DNA of 63,576 nt, filler included, from Choristocarpus tenellus KU-1152 (taxonomy: Eukaryota > Protista > Phaeophyceae), in the NCBI GenBank assembly GCA_964200185.2. It is 11 parts of 11 records of this genome, joined end to end, with 100 filler letters (N's around TTAATTAATTAA, not from the genome) between each part and the next. Parts side by side here need not be neighbours in the genome. Positions count along the whole stretch, not along the records: positions 36,830 to 41,380 come from CAXNAD020014034.1; positions 41,481 to 47,786 come from CAXNAD020008426.1; 9 more parts are not named here. The stretch is one strand, 5' to 3'. This document shows positions 36,730-47,695 of the stretch, one piece after another (position 1 is the first letter of the stretch; every line of letters starts with the position of its first letter). Made by a program: the position numbers and the translations under genes. The notes under the pieces were generated by a model that saw only the letters and a list, made by a program, of their open reading frames with translations, was not told the origin of the DNA and made no database searches.

Positions 36730-39330
36730 NNNNNNNNNNNNNNNNNNNNNNNNNNNNNNNNNNNNNNNNNNNNTTAATTAATTAANNNNNNNNNNNNNNN
36801 NNNNNNNNNNNNNNNNNNNNNNNNNNNNNAAAAGAAAAAAAAAAACACCCTGGATTAAAAAAAAAAACGAAATTTCACGAGTAAAAGCCCCCCCCCCCCC
36901 AAAAAAAAAAAAGCGGCATTCATGCCACTGTTTGCGTAAGTATTATTATTATTTTTTCGGTAAAGAAGATGACCCTGAGAGAGAACTGCAACAAGCCCTT
37001 GCAAACCTTCCCATCACATGGTAATAGTTTGACCTACAGGTTGACAATGTTAGCTACATCTCCCCTGCATGTATAGACAGATGCCTCAGGAATCAAATCT
37101 GAAAGGGGGTCAGCAGCGACACTCTGTGCGGAAGATGCCCTTGCTTTTAAGGCATCATGACTCAAAAAAACCTTACCTACGAGGAACTCTTCCTACTCGA
37201 GAGCTTCAGCCTACTCTACCGTGCAATACCAACACTTCATATAGAAGACTTTTATCCAATAATCCTCCAAAAAAGGTTGTCGCGATCACTGGTGCAGTAT
37301 ATTGACACTGAATAACACCTCATTTCTCCCTAAAAACACCCTTCATTCGAGGTATACCTTTCACCACAAACAGTGCACTCTCAACCAATAGAAGTCTCGG
37401 TACTAGATTCAGGTTCCAATAACCAACTAGTTTGAAAAAAATTGTTCAGTTTACCCAATCAAAAGACTTAGGCCGAGCTGAACAGAAAAAAACGCTGCCT
37501 GCACTTTTATGTTTTTTTAAGGAATGCGTGGTACTAGCAGTTGGACCCTTTAAGTCAACACCACACACCCCTTTTGTTCACGGGCACTAATCCACATTTC
37601 AGGGGGGGTTATACCCCCAACATGCTTCTGGTGCTAACAACGGCAGAAGTTGAGGTGCTGAAGGTCAGAGTGCTACGGGGCAAGTTCAAGACATCACAGA
37701 TCACAAAAGAGGAAAGGTGACATGGCAACAGGTAGATTCGCTGAGGAGCCAACTACTCAAGTCCACCGAACTCAAAATTTGATCTTTCTCTTTGATCAGT
37801 TCAAACGTCTTTCAATTGACTAGAAAACCAAACATTGGATCGTCCAAGCATCAAACCTTGCTGCTTCAAATCAAAAAAGTACAACGTACTATTCACGAAG
37901 TTGAACCAACACTTGGGGGCAAATGGTTTGCACACCAAGGCATAGAGTAGTAGAGCAACACCAATGCCATCACTCATCTCATCAAAATGATGACGGAGAC
38001 GGGGAATGGGTCTGGGGGAGAGTCTGTTTTTGCTCCATTTTGATATTTTTGGTGCATTCTGCCTAACCTACTTACTAATTACATAGGGCAGTTCTTCCCG
38101 AGAAGATAAGGTTGGCTTTCCCTAGCATGAATCCTCACCATTTCTACTGTCTTGGAACAGACGGCTGCAAAACAATGGCAGAGTCAGTACTTTTCGCACA
38201 CAGGGAACGGCCCTATGCAAAAAAAATGACACTAAAATAAGATCATTTTTGCACATCTTGTGAACCAAATTTAAAAAAAGATAACCATTGACTCCACGCA
38301 CGCTTGACCAACAGGTAAGACTCTGAACACAAATAAAACATCAGAAATGCTTGATTTCTGACCTTCTAAATATTTGGTCAGAGCCTAGACAAGCACAGGA
38401 GTAAGCTTACTGGAGTTGTACTCTTATGCATTCAATTTCCGTACCCAACATTACATAGCCTCTTCGGGAGACAAAGCACATGCTGCACACTTCATTCCTC
38501 CCCATTGGGACTGCAACAGCTCAAGGAATGCCTCATCCAAAAATCACATCAATGCTCAAATCACAGCCTGTTCAAGTCCCACGAAAGAGGTCAAAATGCA
38601 CTGGTTACACAAAGGAAACATAAAATATAAACTTATCAGCCGGAGGGTGGAGGAGGGGGGGGAAGATATGCAACACCTTCTCCTAACACAGTGTGAAAAA
38701 GGCACTGGCAGTTTTCCCATGGCCTCACTTGTGTCGATATGACTCTTACAGCTGAGATTGAAGAAGGGAATCACAGACTCCAGTATTACACACACCAAGG
38801 GGCTGGAATGAGCTCCGAAGAAAGTACTTATCCTCAAGGTCAACCCTAAACTGAGCCTGTTTTGAGCCAGTGTCCAGTGTCCTCTGATCATGCTCCACTG
38901 TTCAATCTACCTACACAAAGCAGTGCGTGCTACCATAAGCCATCCTAGGAATACTCCTAGTATGGGTTACCTGTGTATACAGACACCAGTCGCCATCCAT
39001 ACCTTTAACAAACCTACTAGTGCAGACAAGGTTCGCCTTATAAACACCATCATTGTACATCAAACCCTTGGCTCTACATTACTAGTGTTTTGTGACTAGG
39101 AGGCAATAGCAACAACCATTACTCTAGATCTGGTTACCACGGTAACTAATAGTTAATACACCCTGGTGACTCGGAACTGGTAGAATAATGCTGATAGTGG
39201 AGTGGGATGGAACCAGAGAAGTGAGAGGGGCGCTCCTACGGCAGTTGTGTTGGAGGTTGCCCGTACTACAAGAAACAAGGGGGGGGAACAAACCCTTGTT
39301 ACATAACAAAAACACCGATCTCACGCTCAC

Positions 39331-40289
39331 CTGATCTGCAGCAACGGAAAAATATTGCGGCAGCTCCGTCTCCATTTTAGCGACAAAAGTGTGATCTTCT
39401 TCTGCTGGACTAATGGCTATTCCACCCTCAAGTCCCAAAGGTAGAATCAATGCACACAGGAAGGGACACAATGGCGAATAAACACCCAAAAAGAGACAAA
39501 AAAAGGTTCCAAAAGTGATGCAAGGAAACATTTAGATATGCAGTGGTCGAAAAATCGTCAGACCACTGGGTAGAAGAAGAAGGGTTGTTATTGAACTATG
39601 GTCTTTAATATTGGAATAGAAGAAGCAGTACTGTGGCAAGGTTTGGATACGTTGGGAGAATAAGCTTACCTGCGGAAGAAAAAAAAAGGACAATTTGAGA
39701 ATGGTATACATATGCAGCTAGAGTCGTACCATCCGGACCCTACAATGCATGACCTGGCACCTTCAGCCAAAGAACACAAGAAATTAATTTGCTGTCATGC
39801 AGAGCCAAGTCGCACTATCAGGGTATTTGAGCGTAGGTGCAGGATTTCACAATGATCCACAATAACTCTCACCGTGCACAAGAGGAATACCATCTGATGT
39901 ACCCATCAGCACTGCTTTGACATCAGCCCCTCTGTACAAGGTGGAACAAAATGAAGGAAACGAGGGTGAAGGGTTTTAATAAAATGACAATACCATAGAC
40001 TGGTCAGTAGTAGCATTAAAGTAGATTATGTCGGTTCAGATATCACATGGGGTAAAGTGCACGAAGCCACAAACCCTTCGGGCCATCAACTCCCCGTTAT
40101 CTATATCCTTCCATCTCAACACGAAGGAACTCTCCTAACCAAATCATGTCTACCATAAAGTAAGAAACCCACGGTTGCTCGATATATATATGGGGCAGTG
40201 TAAGCCATCCAGAACATGCAACCCCAACGCCTGCACCTTTCGCTGCATCGTCCCAGCACTCTTTCACAGACATCCTTCAGCGATGGATG
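39331..40289 (-). CDS. LAMTOR3: Ragulator subunit LAMTOR3 (MP1)-like, internal three exons
   Basis: Exons 40289-40237, 39931-39873 and 39416-39331 are phase-compatible with GT-AG sites. They give HPSLKDVCERVLGRCSERGADVKAVLMGTSDGIPLVHAISPAEEDHTFVAKMETELPQYFSVAADQ, matching the LAMTOR3 pattern (AI/VxxxxxDGV/IPL and FxxAxDQ). The start exon and 3' exons were not found. Confidence 0.7.
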
Positions 40290-40438
40290 CTGACCAAGAA
40301 TGACGAGTGTGGGAATTCCAGGGGAAAGGGGACGGAATAAGATAAGATGGGGGTTCTACGATGTTCAAGTAGGCATTGGCAGGAGAGGTTCATTGCCCAA
40401 CATGAAGCGAGCAACGAAGGTCCATATGAAACAAATGC

Positions 40439-40735
40439 ATGACAATGGCAATGGCTGTGATGTGGGACCTGCTAGTCTGGGAGATATTGCATTGGAGGAG
40501 AGATTATTCTGGAGTGGTTACAAAAGTTTTAAAAGGCTATCGACACATTTGTGGAGGTTCACGTTTGAATTGTGGACATTCAGGTGATGACAAGGCAATG
40601 AATATGATGTGGGACCTACTAGACTGGGAGATATTGCGATGAAGGAGAGATTATTCTGGAGTGGTTGCACAAGTTCAAAAAGGCTATCGATAGATTTGTA
40701 GAGGTTCACATATAAGTTGTGGACATCCAGGTATC
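40439..40735 (+). repeat. ~148-bp diverged tandem duplication
   Basis: GATGTGGGACCT..CTGGGAGATATTGC..GGAGAGATTATTCTGGAGTGGTT..TGTGGACAT occurs twice. Confidence 0.85.
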
Positions 40736-41480
40736 ATGGGGTCGTTGGCGAAAAAGCACGATCACATGACTGATATGCTCACCACATCATCAGTCATCAG
40801 ATTCAAGACGCGTTCGGTCCTTTAGGTAAGGTAGAAACAAGTCCCCCTATCCAGAATACCAAGTCAAACTACCAAAGCCACACTCTATTCGCCCATATAC
40901 TTCAGGTAGACGCATGCAAGGATCAACACTTCCAGTAAAAAAACCTTTGTGATGTGACAAGGAACTCCTCATTGAGATGTTTAGATGGGATACATCAATG
41001 GCACATATATCTTTTTTGATTTATAAGTATGTTACAATCTGTCAACTCCTATTCCTTTTTATTTGTGAATAACTTTTAGTTCCTAATTTTTGCCACTACA
41101 GTAGGTAGGTACCCCGATTTTGTGCACCCATGGGCAAGTCCGAAACAAGCGGCACAGAATTGATGTCGTACAATATCGTTTTTGTAGTAATTAGGGTTAG
41201 GGTTAGCTGGGAATCAATCGTCGAAGCGACTGATTTATCGTGGTGAGCTGGGAAATCATTCATTAGCTTCATGGATCAGGATGGAAACGATTACGAGCGC
41301 TTTTTTTTCATGATGTTTGTGTGTTAATGCGCATCTCCCGCCTCGCCATGAGGAAGGAGAATACTGTATGTACCTTCTACNNNNNNNNNNNNNNNNNNNN
41401 NNNNNNNNNNNNNNNNNNNNNNNNTTAATTAATTAANNNNNNNNNNNNNNNNNNNNNNNNNNNNNNNNNNNNNNNNNNNN

Positions 41481-41566
41481 GATTTGAGTCTTCTTTTTCC
41501 CGGGGCGGGGCCACACGACCACCCGGGGGCGAGCCCCCCCCCCCCCCCCCCCAGAGACTTTGAGTC
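41481..41566. mobile_element. Related TIR end at contig start
   Basis: Poly-C followed by AGAGACTTTGAGTC. Confidence 0.55.
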
Positions 41567-41704
41567 TACAATAGGCAACTCTCAGCAGTGTGAGTTGCAA
41601 CACAAAGCTACCATCGTTGAACTTTACCATGCAATAGCTTTCTATTTACTTGTGTGTTGTCTTCTCCCTCACCTGTGTAGCCCTCTCAAACCCCCTTTCA
41701 CCAG

Positions 41705-41848
41705 GATGCACCTAGGAACTGCAGCAACGGAGAGGTTTACCAAACCTTCAAAATTGTCCTTCCATGGACGCGCTCAGATCCCCCCCCCTATATTGTGGAG
41801 CAGGGGGCTCCATCGCCCACCAGTGAGGAGAGAGGGTCGGGTGAAGAT
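41705..41848 (+). CDS. Possible isolated exon of an unknown gene
   Basis: 144-bp open segment between a pyrimidine-rich CAG acceptor and a GTGAGT donor (DAPRNCSNGEVYQTFKIVLPWTRSDPPPYIVEQG...). No recognisable domain. Confidence 0.3.
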
Positions 41849-42739
41849 GTGAGTAGGAAGTCTTGCTTGCAGTGAGCCATCAAACAAAACTATTCATCAT
41901 GTAGTTGTACTTAACCCTCTAGAACTGTCTGAAGATCTGGCTCAGTGGATATAGAACCAACTATATGGATTATGTGGGATTATATATGTATGCTTAGAGT
42001 ATCTGAATAGGTACTCAAAGTATACTGTATCACTTACTATAAATGTGCAGAGCAACAGAAGTACATGGGTACTAATAAATATCTCTTCCATTTTGTACAG
42101 CACTGTGTACTTCTATGGATGGAGAGTATGAAAGTGGGAGTCCAAAATTCTAGCATATTTTTGTCTTGTGGAATGCCCAGTCTCAGCGATGAAATGCCTA
42201 TCATAATTGCAGAATAGCTTCCTGAATACAGAATATGTCAGATGGGAAGGGTCAACATTATTGTATAATCTTCACTTTCAAGGCTTCTGATTGTCCATAA
42301 AATGGATCATTAGGGATTCTATTTATTGTTTCAGGAACTCTCCAAGTCAATTCTCTTTAGTTAGTGTAGGTTAACGAAATATGATCAGAAATTCTAAGAA
42401 ATTAAATCTCTTGCGTTTACCCAACTTCTCACTCGTTCGGTCATCCACTCATCCTACCTACCCCCCATAGATGTATTATTATTATTACTATTTTTTTTTG
42501 AAAATATTATAATTTACTATATTTAATGTTGTGGTGTATTGTTATTTTGTTCTGTTTTATTTTTTCACTCACATTTCATTCTATTATGTTTTTTTTTGTT
42601 GACGAAAAAGTACAAAAATAACTCAAGTGATGTTATATTAAGTACAGTTACATTACATAACTTCTAATAATCCCCTTATTGTTGTTATAATAATTATTAT
42701 GATTCTTGTTTTTTAGTATTATTTTCATTATTCTGCCCT

Positions 42740-42840
42740 CTGACATTTTGGAGATGTGTCAGGAGGGAAACCAATGAAAACTATACACATGTCAGTATAA
42801 GCCCCAAAGAAATAAAATGTCGTAAATGTGAAAGCTAGTA
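42740..42840 (+). repeat. Dispersed ~100-bp repeat
   Basis: CTGACATTTTG..ATGTGTCAGG..AAACCAATGAAAAC..ATGTCAG..CCC.AAAG has diverged copies at about 20890, 56070 and 56325. Confidence 0.55.
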
Positions 42841-44662
42841 TTATTAGTATTATTGTTATTAATATCACATTAGTATTAGAGATGACACACTAATGGTCAA
42901 AAAAGGAGTCTAAGGAAGGAAATAAACACCTAAAAAAAAGGACAACAAAAACCCAAAAAACAGTGGAAGAAAAAAAAGAAAAAAAGAAAAGAGATGATAA
43001 GAAGAGTAGAATCCGCAGGAGAAAAATACTGCCATCACCCCCATATACACTGAAGGGGAGTATAAGGGAACGAAAATAGACAAACGATGAAAGAGGAATC
43101 AGTCCGAAAAGAAAGCAGTTTTCAGCAGACAGTGATGGTGATGTTGTTGGTGGCGTGTGCTATCTTACCTCCTGCCATTGTGTGTGGTCTCACATGTCAG
43201 TATAAACCAGAAGGAAAAAAATATGCATATTATTTTTCAACTTCAGAGTGAGTGATTGACTCTGGTATGTTTTTTGTATTGATACACAATAGCGATTTCC
43301 TGGAATTAGTTAGGAAAGTTTCTTTCTGGTGGACATCAAGAAATGTTAGACCCAAAACTATCCTAATCCTTTTGTACAGATGAGGTCATAATCAGCACGC
43401 CGCTAGGGAAAACAACTCAACAAGCAATATTTATGGGTGGTAGATTAAGAAAAGGATGAATTTATGTCCAATTCTCCCCTTTGTTGGTCACACAAATGAG
43501 ATCTTCATAGCACTCTATCACCATACCTGTGGTAGTGATAACTTCCTGCACCGCTATGAAGTATAGAGAGGAGGAAAGTACTTCCGGAGCATTATACTAG
43601 CGGCCTAAAAAAGATTCTAGCTATAACAGCTAGTTTGACAAGTACCTCAACGAAACGTTATCCTCGATTTTTTGTTCCCACCGCATGCCAAATCCTGCTT
43701 GGGTATTGACTTGTGCCTTGACTGGACATATCCTGCCAACATCCTTCCGTGTCACTCCTCCACGTTTCTATATTATTGCAAGATATCCGCATATCTAAGA
43801 CATCCTCATATCTGCGTCATTGGTCCACCAAGCCAAGTACCTCTCAGGCTGGTCACCTACTGTCAAAAGTAAGGCTGTTGATAATATATAATCCAAACTA
43901 GATGTGGGCAAAAATCGAAGGGTGCATCAAGCTGGAGAAACTCTTTCACAAATTTTCGGCTAGGCTATTCTTGTTGACAGACCAGTCAGCAAAGCACGCA
44001 GCACGCGTATGTCTGAGATGTTGCAATTTCGACACCAACAGGTCAGGCAGTACGAACAGAATTGTTGCATTTTTTTTTCTCAGCACTCCACAGCAATGGC
44101 CTGACCAGTCGTGAAAGATCTAGCCTAGATTGCAGTTCAGTTGCATATGTTTCTAAGAGGTCCAGTCTCGGGCTATTAAGGTTTGTTAAAGGTCTGCTCT
44201 AGACTTCAGGTAGGTTGTTTTTCTAGAGAAAGGCCCAGTCACAGCCAAATGGAGTTTGCGAAATGTCTGGTTGGGGAAGCAAGCCAGTTTAATCCCAGAC
44301 CCAGGTAGCTGGAATGTTCTAGTCCACCAATCCTACCTTTGTTGATAAAATCAGATACTCATCTGAGTCGAGCACAGGAGATTTGCTTGGGGCTAGCTGC
44401 AGATGTTCCACCCTCATTGCTTGAGTCATGAGATAATGTGGTACTGGTGGTGCTACTGTTATTGACCCGGTGGAGACTCAATGTCCACAAGTTTTTACAT
44501 GAATTCTTGTGATTTTTTTCAATTGTGTTGTCCAAACCTTTTTTGTATATTTTACGATACATCTCCTACCGTCCACCTTCCTTTCATCTTTCCTTTCCTC
44601 TTCTACATAGCAGCTAAATAAAAAAACGAGTAGAAGATAGTAGTATAGGATTTGGGTCATAA

Positions 44663-44780
44663 CCAGGAAAAGTGCTCTTACATTATCCATCCGACGCATG
44701 CAACCAAATCATCCAAAAATCGCGACATGAAAAAAATTGAACCCAAATGGACAGGCGCCACCCCCCACATACTTTGAGTC
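44663..44780 (-). mobile_element. MITE family A, partial inverted copy
   Basis: Diverged reverse complement of about 24329-24447, ending CATACTTTGAGTC. Confidence 0.75.
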
Positions 44781-45646
44781 AAAGTTGAAATTGTGTTTTT
44801 TTAAACAATAGATAAAGTATTAAGTCATTATCCATCCACCGAAACATAGGCAATTATGATGTACTCCGAGTAGTTAGATCTACCTTCAGGGATTAGACCC
44901 ACTCCCTCCTTCTACACGCACAATCCTTTCCCCTGTCCCTTCTGGTGGTACCACGGCATGAGAGCGACTGCAACTTGACCTGGCCTGACCTCTTTAATCC
45001 ATATCTTCATCACCAGGTTGTCCCCTTCTTGTTCAGTAGGTTGAACCGCACCGTACCATAAAGGGTAAAGGTCCCTGATATTCACCTATATGAGACAAAC
45101 ATGAGTTGTGAGCCCTTCATTCTCTCTGATGGTTCAAGGTTCTTGATGACAACCTTATTTGGATGATTGTTTGCTGTTATGCCTTGGGCATGGTGATAGC
45201 CTAGCACAAGGGTGTGAGGTCCTGGTGTTGGATATTTTCTTGTGGAGTAGTTATCCTCTACCCTGCTAGCAGGATGGATTGGGAGGGATGAGTAACAGGG
45301 GAAAGTGTGAGGGTAGGTCGCAGATTGGACCCTTGAAGCCATCAACTCACAGTTCGTTGTCCAAGGCAACACTCCCTCGTAACGTCGACAAACCCTTGGC
45401 ATCATTTGTTGTGGAACATCAGGTGTCTGCAGTTCTAAATGTTGTAGGTGTGTGTTCTACTACCACCATTATTATGTTCCCTCTCGTTTTTCCTCCTAGA
45501 TTCGCGCGAACGTATACCAATCCTACAAACTATTTATATTATAATAATTGGTACGATCACCATCAACAATAACCCACACAGCGCGCGGAAAGACCTGAAG
45601 GTAGAGAAGGTAGGTATAGTTCACAACAGAGACCGCTTCTCCAAAC

Positions 45647-47695
45647 ATGGCTACGCCAAAGCGCACCCGAACGGATGGGCAGCTTTCTAAAGAGGACTAT
45701 AATGCAATCAGTGAGGCATCTTCACCAAGGGTGTGTGTGTGTCGCTGTCCAACTAACCGCTTTGTGTTGGTATATAGCAATTTTGACGCTTTGCTGTTCG
45801 TCCTTGGTGTCCAAAGAGAAATTCAACTTCTCGCTGAAGCAATTTGGAGCGTTATTCGTTAGAGAGTGTAAAGGGAAAGCTTCTATCTTTTCCTGCTCAG
45901 TATCGGTTATGGTGCCACTTGTCGGTGCTTCCTGGAGTCAGGTGTCCTTTGCTCTATCCCCATAACTAAACACAATACTTTGTACCCAGGACTGAGTGTC
46001 GCCACTGTGCTCAATTGTGCTTATCAGAAAATCGCACGAATACGAGCCCATCATTGATTTTGATGATACAGTACCTTCGCTTGCTACCTGTTTCCCTTCT
46101 CTGCATCTTGCTTTCAGCCTACGGGCAGCTTCCCAGTGGCAGACAAAGCCACCATGGCGGTGCGCAATATTTCACGGACTGGGGCACGGAAGATCAACGC
46201 TCTGAACAAAAGGTGCGCTCCATAGTCCAATTAGACAGGTGGTTTCCCCACGTTTGTCACTTTTGAGAATGGCGTCGTCACCTCAAGTGCATCTTCCACT
46301 TCGATTTTAGGTTGACAACTCGCTTTTCTGCGTCAACCCCACGAAACAACATATTGCTCTAGCGTTATCTCGGCAAAATAGTCCTTCTCTAGCGCGTTGT
46401 AAATTGGCTATAACCGACCCTCTTATCTTTGTCATTCGTATGGCACAAAAAAATATACTTGCAATGTGAAGAAAATGTGAGTCTGAGGTTAACCCACCCT
46501 TTCTCAGAAGCATTTCCTAACACGCCAACCCAGTTCTCTTTTGCTCTTCTTTCCCACGCATCTGTCGGACTGGGTGCATTTGTCTACCAGCTTCGACACC
46601 TCCGTGATGAGGGAAATTGCGGAGTGTCCCAGTGTTGACCTCTCACCCCTTATGTCGGATTACCTATCTTACTCCTCTCAGTTGCAGAGAAGGTATGTTG
46701 GGGTAAATGATATCCAAGATTAGATACGTTAAGGAATGCAGAGAAGTAAACTGATATATATATATATACATAAATTAAGGGAGATTATGTGATATTTTTC
46801 TCTTGTTTCATGCTTTACCGTTTGTGGTGCATCCATAGCCTGTGAATCTATGAGGACGTCAAAAAACGTACTGTTCCATTTTTTGTTTTGTTTTGTGCTT
46901 CCAAAGTAGCACAGTGAGTTGTGTAGCATAGTAGGTTGCACCTGATATTCTCCGCACACTACACTGGATTGGTCTTGCAGTGTTGAGTCATCCCTGTGTG
47001 CTTTTTGAACTCTTTGGATGATACATCCTTGTTACAAACAGATTTGGTGTAATGGTATGAATATGTTATTCTTTATGAAAATTAAGGAGAGATCGAGAGG
47101 GAGGTTGTACTCTGCTGCAAGGTTTACTGTGAGTTGATGCGGCGATACAATTAATGTGGGCGTTGGTATCAGTTTTGGCGGTCAAATGGTAAACGACTTG
47201 ATTTTTGATTTTTTTTCTCTCCACGTTGTGCTGCTCTGAGCAGGCACTTTTTTGTGCATCCGTGCTTTACTCTATGGACTAGACTAGGGGGGCTATGGGT
47301 GCTGCTGTACAGTAGTTACTTTGTGGATTGCACATTGGCTACTCTGTTGATCTTGCTGGACACTTACTTTAGAGCATTGAATAAAGTCATGAAACGTTTT
47401 TTTCCTCAAAAATATTTGTCCTATAGCATAAAGATAGATGGGAGTTCTACTTTTTCGATGGTGGGCAAATCAGTTGGGAATTTTGTGGTCCAGGGGAGCA
47501 ATGTATTGCAATTTTTTTAGTTTTGCACACACATGCACACACACACACTCTCTCTCATATGCACACATGCATGAACAATATTGCATATTTGCACAAATGA
47601 ATAAAAAAACCCATACACTTGCATGCTTTGTAACTGCCAGGTACTTCAAGGATGTGGGGCAAGTAATGATATGTGGAAATGGAGACTGTGGTCAG
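45647..47695 (+). CDS. Nup50/Nup2-like N-terminal region fused to an RCC1 repeat protein (5' four exons, 3' truncated at the contig end)
   Basis: Exons 45647-45730, 46118-46212, 46591-46692 and 47641-47695, all GT-AG, phases 0/2/2. The 112 aa read MATPKRTRTDGQLSKEDYNAISEASSPRPTGSFPVADKATMAVRNISRTGARKINALNKSFDTSVMREIAECPSVDLSPLMSDYLSYSSQLQRRYFKDVGQVMICGNGDCGQ. Confidence 0.8.

Noticed and set aside
38780-38860. RLSLGLTLRISTFFG as the next LAMTOR3 exon
   Set aside because: The obvious acceptor (AACAG) is out of phase with the preceding phase-0 donor.
12023-40289. Lysosomal gene cluster (TPC plus LAMTOR3)
   Set aside because: The genes are on different contigs separated by artificial spacers, so there is no evidence of linkage.
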